Below, piece after piece: positions 30,561 to 40,103 of a stretch of 64,000 bases of DNA (its first letter is position 1; the number at the start of each line of letters is the position of its first letter). The position numbers and the translations under genes were made by a program. The stretch is from assembly GCA_963702095.1 (NCBI GenBank), contig OY969706.1:2784001-2848000 (forward strand). Direction: 5' to 3'. This DNA is from Candidatus Bathyarchaeota archaeon (GTDB lineage Archaea > Thermoproteota > Bathyarchaeia > Bathyarchaeales > Bathycorpusculaceae). The notes beneath the pieces were generated by a model. The model did not search any database, was not told the origin of the DNA, and saw only the letters and a list, made by a program, of their open reading frames with translations.

Positions 30561-30885
30561 AATATGACCCAGTTGCCGCTCCTAACGACCAATCCGCCTG
30601 TGATTACAGAAGTCCTTTCGGAGGAAGGCTTCAAGGCTTACTTGGTTGGGTTTAACTTTAAGAATTATCGTTGGGATGATTTTATAGAGCCAAAATTTGA
30701 TTGACAGAGCAGAACTAATTCCTTACGAGCGGTCAAAGGTTCTTAAGAATCTTTAGATACTTTACCCTTGTAGTATTAGCATTAACTAACGCCAAGAGCC
30801 AGACGAAGTGCGTTTTTTAGCTTATTTGTCATAAAGTATAAGAATAAGGGTGTTTCCTTATTGGGAAGCTGGTAGTGAATTTACC

Positions 30886-31161
30886 GTGAATGTTCCTAAA
30901 GAAGTCAATACGTACTGTCCTAAATGTAAACATCACACTGTTCATACTGTTAGCCTCTACAAGGCTGGTAAACGCCGTGCATTGGCTGCAGGTGAACGCG
31001 CCCACGCACGTGAAAAAGAAGGTTACGGCGGACAAAAATATCCGTTGCAACGCGAGTTTGCTAAAACCACAAAGAAGCAGACCCTGCGCTTAAAATGCAA
31101 GACCTGCAACTATATGTATCACAAAGACGGTATCCGCCTAAGAAAACTAGCAATAGTGTAG
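30886..31161 (+). CDS. rpl44e: 50S ribosomal protein L44e
   Basis: PKEVNTYCPKC..H, GYGGQK, KTTKK, LKCKTC. Confidence 0.96.
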   Translation: MNVPKEVNTYCPKCKHHTVHTVSLYKAGKRRALAAGERAHAREKEGYGGQKYPLQREFAKTTKKQTLRLKCKTCNYMYHKDGIRLRKLAIV

Positions 31162-31181
31162 AATTAATTGGAGAAATAAAA

Positions 31182-31379
31182 ATGTCTGATTGGAACAAAC
31201 TTATCCCCAAGCCACGCAGCGTTTTTCTGCGGGTCAAATGCGCCAAATGCGGCAATGAACAACTCATTTTCAGCAACGCAGTCAACGTCATAACCTGCAA
31301 CGTATGCGGCACAACCTTAGCTGAACCCAGCGGTGGCAGAGCCAAAATCAACGGCGAAGTTCTCTCCGTGCTTGAGTAG
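31182..31379 (+). CDS. rps27e: 30S ribosomal protein S27e
   Basis: PRSVFLRVKCAKCGNEQ...CNVCG...PSGGRA. Confidence 0.96.
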   Translation: MSDWNKLIPKPRSVFLRVKCAKCGNEQLIFSNAVNVITCNVCGTTLAEPSGGRAKINGEVLSVLE

Positions 31380-31391
31380 GAGAGCAACCGC

Positions 31392-32177
31392 ATGGCTGAG
31401 CGTAAGCCGCAGTGGCCTGAAGTCGGCGACCTCGTCATCGCCACCATAGAAACCGTCACTGACTACGGCGCCTACGCCAGACTCGACGAATATGACAAAC
31501 GCGGGTTACTCCATGTTTCCGAAATTTCTTCTTCATGGATAAGAAACATACGTGACTTCATCCGTGAAAACCAAAAAGTTACCCTCAAAGTTCTCAGAGT
31601 TGACCATGAAAAAGGCCACATAGACCTCTCCTTGCGCCGGGTCACCAAACGCGAACGCATAGAAAAGGTGATGTCTTGGAAGAAGGAACGCAAAGCCGAA
31701 GCCCTCGTCCGCGGCGTAGCAGAGAAAGTCGGTTTAACCAGCGATGAGGTTTACCAGGAAGCAGGCGCTGCCATAGAGGAGAAATATGACCTCTACGAGG
31801 CGTTTGAGAAAGCCGCCATCGAAGGCCCCGAAGCACTCACCGATTTAGGCGTCCCAGAAAACCTTGCCAAAGCATTCAGTGAAGTCGCCGAGGAACGCAT
31901 CCACGTAAAAATGGTCAAGGTCCGCGGAGTCCTAGAAATCCGAGTGGTTAAACCCAACGGCGTAAAGGTCATAAAAGAAGCTTTTTACAAAGCCGAGAAG
32001 GAGAAACTCAAAGATGCCAAAGTCACTTTCTACGTTATAGCTGCGCCAAAATACAGTGTTGAGGTGCAGGCAGAAAACTATAAGCGCGCTGAAGACGTTA
32101 TTCAGAAAACAGCGGATAACGTTGTTACCTATATCAGTAGGGCTGGCGGGCAGGGCAGTTTTAGAAGGGAAAAGTAG
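31392..32177 (+). CDS. eif2a: translation initiation factor aIF-2 alpha
   Basis: PEVGDLV S1 domain, LHVSEISS, KGHIDLS, AAPKY. Confidence 0.96.
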   Translation: MAERKPQWPEVGDLVIATIETVTDYGAYARLDEYDKRGLLHVSEISSSWIRNIRDFIRENQKVTLKVLRVDHEKGHIDLSLRRVTKRERIEKVMSWKKERKAEALVRGVAEKVGLTSDEVYQEAGAAIEEKYDLYEAFEKAAIEGPEALTDLGVPENLAKAFSEVAEERIHVKMVKVRGVLEIRVVKPNGVKVIKEAFYKAEKEKLKDAKVTFYVIAAPKYSVEVQAENYKRAEDVIQKTADNVVTYISRAGGQGSFRREK

Positions 32178-32344
32178 TGGTTTGGCAACTGCGCAAATGC
32201 GTAAACTGCAACGCATACACCCTAAACAAAGCCACTTGTCCCGCATGCGGGGGACCAGTTAGGATTCCGCATCCCGCCAAGTTTTCCCCCGACGACAAAT
32301 ACCTCAAGTATCGAATGGCAATGAAAAGGAGCCAAACAGAATGA
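32177..32344 (+). CDS. nop10: H/ACA RNP protein Nop10 (55 aa; absent from ORF track)
   Basis: Translated by hand: MVWQLRKCVNCNAYTL...CPACGG...PHPAKFSPDDKYLKYR; conserved synteny. Confidence 0.93.
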   Translation: MVWQLRKCVNCNAYTLNKATCPACGGPVRIPHPAKFSPDDKYLKYRMAMKRSQTE

Positions 32345-33111
32345 AGGAAACCTACATTAAAGAATTCAGCGAAGTCCAAGCCAACAGCCCCGTCCTCATC
32401 GAAGGATTACCTGGACTCGGACTAGTGGGCAAAATCGCTTTACGCTACCTTATCAAGCAGTTGAAACCAAAAAAAATCGCTTACCTCTACTCGCCCCATT
32501 TTCCATATTTCGTGCTCGTGAACAAGAAGGGCAACGTGCGACTGCTAAGAGGAGCATTCTACTATTACCAAAACCCCAAAGGACAAGACATCCTCCTCTT
32601 CACAGGCGACAGCCAATCTCAAACAATCGAGGGACAATACGAAATCGCCGACCGCATGCTCGACTTCAGTGAGCGCCATGGCGTAAAAACCATCGCCACC
32701 ATAGGCGGCTACCGCATGGAACCCAAGGAGAAACCCAAAGTCTACATAGCCGCCACCGACCACGCCATCCTCCAGAGGGCAGTCGACGCCGGCGCAACTT
32801 TGTCCACAGCAGGCAGCCCAATAGTGGGCACTGCAGGACTCATCTTGGGCGTAGCAAAATTCAAACACATCGAGGCACTGTGCCTACTAGGCGAAACACG
32901 CGGCTACCTCCCTGATCCACAAGCCGCCAAAAGCGTGCTTGAAGTGCTAAAAGCCACTTTCAACTTCGATTTGGACCTCAAGGGCTTAGACGAAGAAATA
33001 GTCAAAGCAGAAACCATGGTCACCAAACTCCAGCAGATCGAAGCCAAACGCGCACTCGAAGCCGAAGAAACCCGTAAACAAGACGACAAAAAGACAACCT
33101 ACATCTCTTAA
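32341..33111 (+). CDS. PAC2-family proteasome assembly chaperone
   Basis: LIEGLPGLGLVGKIA, CLLGET.GY.PDP; synteny with nop10. Confidence 0.92.
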   Translation: MKETYIKEFSEVQANSPVLIEGLPGLGLVGKIALRYLIKQLKPKKIAYLYSPHFPYFVLVNKKGNVRLLRGAFYYYQNPKGQDILLFTGDSQSQTIEGQYEIADRMLDFSERHGVKTIATIGGYRMEPKEKPKVYIAATDHAILQRAVDAGATLSTAGSPIVGTAGLILGVAKFKHIEALCLLGETRGYLPDPQAAKSVLEVLKATFNFDLDLKGLDEEIVKAETMVTKLQQIEAKRALEAEETRKQDDKKTTYIS

Positions 33112-34226
33112 ACAAAGCTTTTCTTTATTATTTCCACAGTGCGTTCAGCTGCGTGTCCATCGCCGAAAGGCGACACAGTCGGCAACGCCTCATCTTTTGC
33201 CACCGCCTCGTTTATGGCGGATAAAATGCGGTTCTTATCGGTGCCTACAACCGTGGCAAAACCTGTTTCCACCGCTTCCTGACGCTCAGTTGACAACCGA
33301 ATAACCAACACACGCTTGCGTATGCTGGGTGCGGTGGCTTCTTCTTGGATGCCGCCTGAATCGGTGATGATTAATTTGCAGTTCTTTTCCAGTAGCAGAA
33401 AGTCGAGGTACCCAAGCGGCGGAAAAATCTTCACGTTTGGCATGGCTTCTATTCTTTGGATGATGTGGCTTTCTTGGAGGCGCTTGCGTGTCCGCGGATG
33501 CATCGGGTACACCACAGGCAACGGCGACTTAGCAAATACTTCCACAAACGAATCCAACACGGCGGGGTCATCGACGTTTTCGGCTCGGTGTGCAGTCGAC
33601 AACGCAAACTCCTCAAACGGTATCTGCTGCATAATCTTGGATTTTTTTTCCGCGATGGGCAAATGCTCGTTAACCGCGTCGATGGCTGTGTTGCCGGTGA
33701 GGTAGATTTTTCCCCACACGTTCTCCTTGCGCAGGTTGCCGATGGCACGCTCTGTTGGTGCGAAAAGATACTCGGAGATGTGGTCGGTTAAGCGGCGGTT
33801 ATGTTCCTCAGGCATACGCAAATCAAAACTCCGCAAGCCCGCCTCAACATGGCCGATGGGTACACCACGTTTGTTCGCCGCCAATGCAGCTGACAGTACG
33901 GTGTTGGTATCGCCTTCGACGAGCACGATTGACGGGTCGATTTTGCACAGCAAATCATTAATCTTCGCCATGATCTCAGCGGTCTGTGCTCCGGGCGAGG
34001 CAGAATCGATTTTAAGCCAAAAGTCAGGCGCCGCCAGTTCGAGGTTTTCGATGAATTGCTGCGCCATGTTGTAGTCATAGTGTTGCCCGCAGTGCACAAA
34101 CACCATGGGCAAGGCGGCTTTTTTTAGGGCGCGGATGATGGGCGCCATCTTGATTATTTCAGGCCGTGTTCCCGTGACTACAACAACTGGCTTCACGTTT
34201 GCTGCACCTATGTCTTCTTTAAGCAT
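33108..34226 (-). CDS. wecB: UDP-N-acetylglucosamine 2-epimerase (non-hydrolysing)
   Basis: GTRPEIIKM, HVEAGLRS, PEEHNR, TDSGGIQEEA. Confidence 0.95.
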   Translation of the reverse strand: MLKEDIGAANVKPVVVVTGTRPEIIKMAPIIRALKKAALPMVFVHCGQHYDYNMAQQFIENLELAAPDFWLKIDSASPGAQTAEIMAKINDLLCKIDPSIVLVEGDTNTVLSAALAANKRGVPIGHVEAGLRSFDLRMPEEHNRRLTDHISEYLFAPTERAIGNLRKENVWGKIYLTGNTAIDAVNEHLPIAEKKSKIMQQIPFEEFALSTAHRAENVDDPAVLDSFVEVFAKSPLPVVYPMHPRTRKRLQESHIIQRIEAMPNVKIFPPLGYLDFLLLEKNCKLIITDSGGIQEEATAPSIRKRVLVIRLSTERQEAVETGFATVVGTDKNRILSAINEAVAKDEALPTVSPFGDGHAAERTVEIIKKSFV

Positions 34227-36238
34227 CCTTCCCGCGGCTCATAAATGGTGCCCTCACGCAGCAACTGCCCAATCATACGTTCGATTTCGCCTCTGGGAAT
34301 CTTGTGCTTTGTCTCCAACTCATTCACTAATGCGTCGCGTTCAACGATGCCGGTGACTTTCTCCATTTCCATGATGGTTGAGATGACCATGCCTAAGCGG
34401 TCACGGATACTCTTGGGGCGCCCCGTCATGATTAAGTCGATGTCAACTTTGAAGCTGGACATGTCGATGCCTACTTCCTCAAGCGACCTCTTCATGATAG
34501 CTATGGCTGCTTCAGCATCCTCCTGGGTTACAGTGGGACGCAAAGCAACACGGGCACGGGCTTCGGCAACTCGGACCAGCGCTTCGAGTTGGCGGGCAGT
34601 GATGGCGACGGGGGAACCTTCGGTTTCACTGGCGGAACGCATAGCTAAGTAGAAGTCGCTTAAACGTTTTAGTGCTTCTTCGCTAAGTTCAGGTTTGACG
34701 GTTTTGGCGTAACTAATGTACTTGCGCAGCAACTCTGAGTCAACTTGAGCTTCAACAGGGCTTATTCCGCGTCTATGCATCTCTAGGATGTGGCGAGACA
34801 TTTTGCTATCCGATTCTTTGTTGGGGATGTCTCGGAGTACGAATATGAGGTCAAAACGGGATAAGATGGTGACTGGCAACGAAATGTTTTCTGCAACGGT
34901 GCGGTTGGGTTCATACCTGCCCAGCGAAGGGTTAGCCGCAGCGAGTACGGCGGTGCGAGCGTTTAAGGTGGCAACGATGCCTCCTTTAGCAACGGAAACA
35001 GTGTGCTGCTCCATAGCTTCGTGGATGGCAACACGGTCTTCAGGACGCATTTTATCCATTTCGTCGATACAGGCGATTCCTTTGTCGGCTAGCACCAAAG
35101 CTCCTGCTTCCAGCGACATACTTCCGCCTTTCTCTCTAACAACGGCGGCGGTTAAACCTGCAGCGGTGGTACCTCTGCCCGATGTGTAGAGTCCCCTTGG
35201 TGCAATACGCGAGACATACTGAAGCAACTGGCTTTTGGCGGTTCCAGGGTCACCGATGATTAAAGCGTTGAGTTCGCCTCTTATGCTCATGTCTGGGAGG
35301 GTTCTCGATACTCCGCCAAACAGCAGGTACATGACGGCTTCTTTTAAGTGTTCGTTGCCAAAGATGGAGGGGGCGATAGATGTCATGATTTTTTTGTGCA
35401 CTTGGGGGTCTTTGGAGAGTTCGAGGATTTTGGCTTCTTCCTCGGGTGTGGGAGGGGAGGTTTCGGGTTCTTTGCCTAGCACTTCGATTGAGTTAGCGTC
35501 AAGTTGAAGGATAAACGTGCGGAGTTTGCCCATACCCATCAGTGAAGGCGCAAAAGCCCGCACTACGCCCACGATTGAAACGTGGTCGCCTGGTCTTGCG
35601 ACGTCGACTATTTCGTCTCCAATCAGCTTAACCGCGAGGACCCTTGGCAGCTGTCCAGGCGGGAGGTCTTCTGGTTTTTCCTGTAGACGCAGGTCCTGTG
35701 AGTCGATGAAGTTGGATTCTTCTTGGCTGAACTCGAAGGGTCCGTCTCTGCCGCAGTCAGGCGCCTGGCAGATGGCTGGGGCTTTGAGGAACTGGCCGTT
35801 TTGCTCCACCTGGTTCATGGTTCCGCAACGTTTGCATTTGAAAGCCGCAATCTGAACCATCGGGCGGACGGGTGTGGCTCGCACAACTATGCCTTCTATC
35901 ATGACGAGTTTGCTCATTTGCCTTGAGCCTAGGCGACGCAGCTGCTCTTTGCCCAGCAGCTTTACGACTCTGACTATGATTTTGTCGATTTTCTCAGCGT
36001 ACTCCGCATCTTCGATGCGTAACTGTTCAAATGCACCTTTGCCGGCGTGCTGCAAAAACTCTTCAGGCTTAGCCAGCAAAAGTTCAGCCAGTGCCTGGTC
36101 GAAGCTGTAGAGTTCCTCAAAATCGATGGTTAAACTGTTTTTACCTGTAATGGCTAGCTGGGCGATTCTCTGCCGATATTTTTCTTTTTTGAAGAATTCT
36201 TGGAACCGCTGCTGGGGATCAACTGTTTCCAGCGTCAT
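34208..36238 (-). CDS. mcm: replicative helicase MCM (no intein)
   Basis: GDPGTAKSQ, IDEMDKM, AAANP, LSRFD, TARQLE. Confidence 0.97.
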   Translation of the reverse strand: MTLETVDPQQRFQEFFKKEKYRQRIAQLAITGKNSLTIDFEELYSFDQALAELLLAKPEEFLQHAGKGAFEQLRIEDAEYAEKIDKIIVRVVKLLGKEQLRRLGSRQMSKLVMIEGIVVRATPVRPMVQIAAFKCKRCGTMNQVEQNGQFLKAPAICQAPDCGRDGPFEFSQEESNFIDSQDLRLQEKPEDLPPGQLPRVLAVKLIGDEIVDVARPGDHVSIVGVVRAFAPSLMGMGKLRTFILQLDANSIEVLGKEPETSPPTPEEEAKILELSKDPQVHKKIMTSIAPSIFGNEHLKEAVMYLLFGGVSRTLPDMSIRGELNALIIGDPGTAKSQLLQYVSRIAPRGLYTSGRGTTAAGLTAAVVREKGGSMSLEAGALVLADKGIACIDEMDKMRPEDRVAIHEAMEQHTVSVAKGGIVATLNARTAVLAAANPSLGRYEPNRTVAENISLPVTILSRFDLIFVLRDIPNKESDSKMSRHILEMHRRGISPVEAQVDSELLRKYISYAKTVKPELSEEALKRLSDFYLAMRSASETEGSPVAITARQLEALVRVAEARARVALRPTVTQEDAEAAIAIMKRSLEEVGIDMSSFKVDIDLIMTGRPKSIRDRLGMVISTIMEMEKVTGIVERDALVNELETKHKIPRGEIERMIGQLLREGTIYEPREGCLKKT

Positions 36239-36816
36239 TGCTTGTCGGCTCCGTTTTCAAGAATCTTGGCTTTCCATTCAGATATGATTTTTACAAGTTG
36301 ATCGTAGACTATTTTTTCCTCTTTGGTTAATTTGTTTAGGACTTGTTCGCTTTGACCGGGGCCCGAGGCTAAGGCGACGATTTTTTTGAGGCGGGAGTTG
36401 ACGATGTCGCGGGCTAAGTGTTTGACGCGTTCGCATTCCTGGTATTTTTCGGATTGTTGGCTCTGGGTGGCTTGGGTTTTTAGGTCTTGGAGGAACCTGC
36501 GGAGTTTAGGGTAGAATTCTTCGGGTAACTCGCTGATTTGCCCCGGCACCTGCACGCCCTCCTTCCACTGTGCCTTAAACAGTTTGGTGGAGTCCAAGAT
36601 TTCGTCTTCTCGGAAATGCACCATACCCGCGGAAGCTAACTCTTTTGCTACCCAAAAGTAAACTTCGTATTCGTTGCCTTCGTCGAAGGGTCCAACAATT
36701 AAGCCTGCCAACTTGATTTCGGGGCAGTTGCGGTTCGCCACGATTTTCACTGGCGAATTCTCATAGCAGAAGTCCAGTGTGCCTATTTTAGCTGCCAACC
36801 CGTCTATCCCTCTCAA
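36235..36816 (-). CDS. GINS complex subunit (Gins23-type)
   Basis: EVYFWVAKEL, ELPEEFY, RLKKIV..A, LT.EEK..Y; directly upstream of mcm. Confidence 0.85.
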   Translation of the reverse strand: MRGIDGLAAKIGTLDFCYENSPVKIVANRNCPEIKLAGLIVGPFDEGNEYEVYFWVAKELASAGMVHFREDEILDSTKLFKAQWKEGVQVPGQISELPEEFYPKLRRFLQDLKTQATQSQQSEKYQECERVKHLARDIVNSRLKKIVALASGPGQSEQVLNKLTKEEKIVYDQLVKIISEWKAKILENGADKQ

Positions 36817-36954
36817 CCTAGCCCTTTTTTGGGGGTCACAAGTATAGCTTAGGTGACAGTTAAGGGTTTTGCATTACTACCTGTTTGGCTCTGCCATCTA
36901 TTGGAAAGGGAATTTAGGGTTTTTTTGCGCTTTTCTAGATGATTTTGGCTGTAA

Positions 36955-37090
36955 TTTTGTTTTTTCTAGTGTTAGATGAAGGCAGAGTGCCCCTTACTCA
37001 TCATCTTCCTGTGGACTTGGTGGGCGGCTTTGTTTTGCGTTCTGCAACGGAAATGGTTTACATGCTGGTTGTGGCTGATTCTACAAGTAG
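36955..37090 (+). repeat. R1 repeat, copy 3
   Basis: TGCCCCTTACTCATCATCT identical to copy 1; GTTTTGCGTTCTGCAA identical to copy 4. Confidence 0.88.
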
Positions 37091-37121
37091 GGATGCTCCG
37101 CCAAAGAACTATCGACTTCTC

Positions 37122-37346
37122 CTAAGCCATAATTTCTATTTGTGTCTCGCCAGCCTTAGCCTTAATGATTGTGGCAACCAGTTCACCCATGAACTTGCTG
37201 GCGTTTAAAATTTCAATCTCCACTGGCTTGTCTTTATCATCAAAGTTAACTATAACTGCCCCATGGTCTTCGGCGTACGCTATCTGCTTCTTGCTTAAAA
37301 GAATGCTGAGCGTGTCGCCGACTCCGTCATAAGTTACCTTAGTCAT
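37122..37346 (-). CDS. DUF2283-family small protein
   Basis: KVTYD...D.L.I, VIVNFD...PVEIEILNAS. Confidence 0.8.
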   Translation of the reverse strand: MTKVTYDGVGDTLSILLSKKQIAYAEDHGAVIVNFDDKDKPVEIEILNASKFMGELVATIIKAKAGETQIEIMA

Positions 37347-37348
37347 GC

Positions 37349-38599
37349 TTACGGCCATAGCCCCAGCGTCTTTATCGCGTTTGCAACCCGCCCCACACCC
37401 AGCATTAAGGCTCCTGTGCGCATGTCGCTTTCTTCCCTTGCCACAACCGCCTCCACATCGTTAAACGCCTTAGTCATCTTGTCCTCCAACTTGCGGTTTA
37501 CCAACTCCAAGGGCCACTGCTCCCGGGTCAAGTTCTGCACCCATTCAAAGTAGCTCACCGTAACGCCGCCGCTGTTGGCTAAGATGTCAGGTATGAGGCA
37601 GATTTCTTTTTCATGGAGGATTCGGTCGGCTTCAGGGGTTGTGGGTCCGTTAGCGGCTTCCGCAACCATCTTGGCTTTAATTTTGTCTGCGTTTTTTATG
37701 GTGATTTGGTTTTCCAGCGCCGCAGGAATGAGCACGTCGCATGGCAGTTCAAGCAACTCCTCGTTGGTTATGTTCTTGCAGCCCCTAAAGCCCTGTACAG
37801 ATTTGGACTTCTCCTTATATGCCAAAACCGCTGTTGGGTTTAAGCCGTCGGGGCAGTAGATGCCGCCTGTACTATCGCTGACCGCAACTACTTTGCAGCC
37901 GATTTCCCCCGCTGCCACCGCCGCGTTGTAGCCAACGTTGCCAAAGCCCTGAATCACAACCGAGGCACCCTTGAGTTTTAAGCCGTTGTTCTGTGATGCC
38001 TGTTTGACGCAGTGGATGACGCCTCTGCCTGTGGCTTCTGTGCGTCCCCATGAACCGCCGATGTCTACTGGTTTGCCCGTTACCGATTCGGGGATGCGGT
38101 GGCCTTTTAGTTGGCTGTAGGTGTCCATTATCCACGCCATGGTTTGGGCGTCGGTGTACATGTCGGGGGCGGGTATGTCGAGGTGGGGTCCCAAGTATTC
38201 GATTATTAAGCTGACGTAGCGGCGTGTGAGGCGTTCGAGCTCTTGTTGGCTGAGTTTTTTTGAATCCACGCATACGCCGCCTTTGGCTCCTCCAAACGGG
38301 ATGTCGGCTATTGCACATTTCCACGTCATAAGCATAGCTAACGCGGTTACGTCGTCGAGGGTTATGTTGGGGGAGTAGCGGATGCCGCCCTTAAATGGGC
38401 CACGAGCGTCCCAATGCTGCACGCGAATGCCTTTGAACACACCCACCGACCCGTCGTCAAGGTGAATGTCCATGCTCACTATCATGGAGCGTTTGGGGTG
38501 GCTAAGCATCTTTTTCATGCCCTCGTCAAGTTCAAGTTTGTCTGTTGCCAGATGAAGCTGAGATAGGGCAACATTTAGAGAAGTTTGTCCCTCTGACAT
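37349..38599 (-). CDS. gdhA: Glu/Leu/Phe/Val (glutamate) dehydrogenase
   Basis: GPFKGGIRY, PFGGAKGG, DIPAPD, QGFGNVG, EAANGP, GGVTVSYFEWVQN. Confidence 0.95.
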   Translation of the reverse strand: MSEGQTSLNVALSQLHLATDKLELDEGMKKMLSHPKRSMIVSMDIHLDDGSVGVFKGIRVQHWDARGPFKGGIRYSPNITLDDVTALAMLMTWKCAIADIPFGGAKGGVCVDSKKLSQQELERLTRRYVSLIIEYLGPHLDIPAPDMYTDAQTMAWIMDTYSQLKGHRIPESVTGKPVDIGGSWGRTEATGRGVIHCVKQASQNNGLKLKGASVVIQGFGNVGYNAAVAAGEIGCKVVAVSDSTGGIYCPDGLNPTAVLAYKEKSKSVQGFRGCKNITNEELLELPCDVLIPAALENQITIKNADKIKAKMVAEAANGPTTPEADRILHEKEICLIPDILANSGGVTVSYFEWVQNLTREQWPLELVNRKLEDKMTKAFNDVEAVVAREESDMRTGALMLGVGRVANAIKTLGLWP

Positions 38600-38799
38600 G
38601 ATTGAGCCTCTATGTGAAAATCATAATTGGTGTTGATTAAATAAGAGTTCGCTTAATCGTTTTTACCTATTTAGCAGATGCTCTCTACACTATGACTTAG
38701 CTGGAATTGCGAGTCTACCTCTGCAGTTTCGGATGAGCGCTTTTTTGGCTGCAAAGGTTTTTATCCCACAATCTACTGCCGTCTAATGAGGAATCTTTT

Positions 38800-39389
38800 G
38801 TGAGCAATTTAGAATCCAGCAAGAACCTAGCGGGCATAGGCTCCATTTTGCTCTTATTCGGCTTTGCCCCCTTCGGAGGCTGGGTCATCGGCATCATCGG
38901 CGTAATATTGCTCCTCATGGGCATCAAAGGACTCTTGTTCTACTACCAAGACCCCGCGATCTATCAAAGTGCTCTCTCAGGCGGCGTCCTATACATAATC
39001 GCCCTCATCGCAACCGCGGTTTCGCTGGGCGGATTATCTCTAAGCGGCATGTTTAGCGCCGCAACATTGGGCGGCTTGTTTGGGATAGGCATTGGTCTCT
39101 TCCTCTTTATCGTCGGATTAGTCATTGCCTTCATCTTCTTTGTCTTAGCCGCCACACGTATACGGCGATGCCTAGCCAAAATAGGTGAACACTCAGGCAT
39201 ACACCTGTTCGAAACCGCTGGCCTCATCCTCTTTATCGGCGCGATTTTAACCATCGTGTTTGTGGGCCTCCGCCTCCAACCACACAACCGCCTTCACAAG
39301 CCACCCGTTACTGCCCCTACTGCGGCGCACCAGTCGATAAAGCCGCCACCTTCTGCCCCAACTGCGGCAGGCAGCTACCATCATCCTAG
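38800..39389 (+). pseudogene. DUF996-like membrane protein + double zinc ribbon, frameshifted at about 39270
   Basis: After TIVFVGL an alternative frame reads PPPTTQPPSQATRYCPYCGAPVDKAATFCPNCGRQLPSS*. Confidence 0.7.
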
Positions 39390-39475
39390 CCCTCTTTTTC
39401 TTTGTGGCACCCAGCATGCAACCACACATCTTTAAGAAGAAAGCAAACTCGCTCTAGAATTGATGTGACACATCT

Positions 39476-39703
39476 ATGTTTAGAAATTTCTTTTTTGGTA
39501 ACCACTCACCCGTCCGCTCGGCTTCCCCCAGAATCCCCCAAGCTCCACCCGTACCAGAGGAGCCGCTTGAGAACATGCCGCGCAGCAACTTGGTATGCGA
39601 GATATGCGGGAAAACCTTTAGGACTCACAGTCAACTCGACCGCCACTTGGAAAACATGCATGGGCATCCAGAGAAAACCCACATCAAGCCACACACAGAA
39701 TAA
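39476..39703 (+). CDS. small C2H2 zinc-finger protein
   Basis: CEICGKTFRTHSQLDRHLENMH = C-x2-C-x3-F-x5-L-x2-H-x4-H. Confidence 0.8.
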   Translation: MFRNFFFGNHSPVRSASPRIPQAPPVPEEPLENMPRSNLVCEICGKTFRTHSQLDRHLENMHGHPEKTHIKPHTE

Positions 39704-39718
39704 CCAAGATAAGATTTT

Positions 39719-39772
39719 GTGCTCTGGTTCGGGATTCGAACCTGAGTCATCGACTCTAAAGGTCGATATACT
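39719..39772 (-). repeat. degenerate copy of the 3' two-thirds of tRNA-Glu (att-like remnant)
   Basis: gtgctctggttcgggattcgaacctgagtcatcgactctaaaggtcgatatact vs tRNA gtgctccggccgggattcgaacccgggtcgccgactcgaaaggccggcatact. Confidence 0.8.
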
Positions 39773-39814
39773 ATGGATGTGCCCGAAACAATCTATATAA
39801 CCGCAAGGCGTATA

Positions 39815-39846
39815 TTTCCCACTGTGGGATTAATTCCTGTGGGAAA
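39815..39846. promoter_or_regulatory. inverted-repeat operator upstream of antitoxin gene
   Basis: TTTCCCAC...GTGGGAAA with nested TCCCAC-T-GTGGGA, between a TATA-like box and the ATG. Confidence 0.6.
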
Positions 39847-39848
39847 AA

Positions 39849-40103
39849 ATGGATCAAGAGGTCATAGTTGACGAAAAAGGCAGAATTCTAATACCAAAAG
39901 AAGCCCGTGAAAAGATAGGGTTGCAAACAGGCGGTAAAGCAAGGCTAAGAATAGAAAAAGAAAAACTAATCATAACGCCTCCTGTTTCACCAGAAGAATT
40001 TATTAAAGAATTAGAGGGATGCATCAAAAAAGGCACACCTGTTATTGACCCGTTGGACCTCAAGAAAATGTGGGAACCAAAAGTAAAGCAGGCGAAAAAT
40101 TGA
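39849..40103 (+). CDS. vapB: AbrB/MazE/SpoVT-type antitoxin
   Basis: VDEKGRILIPKEAREKIG. Confidence 0.9.
   Translation: MDQEVIVDEKGRILIPKEAREKIGLQTGGKARLRIEKEKLIITPPVSPEEFIKELEGCIKKGTPVIDPLDLKKMWEPKVKQAKN

Noticed and set aside
39719-39772. Ochre suppressor tRNA (UUA anticodon)
   Set aside because: No D-arm or acceptor 5' strand, so it cannot form a cloverleaf.
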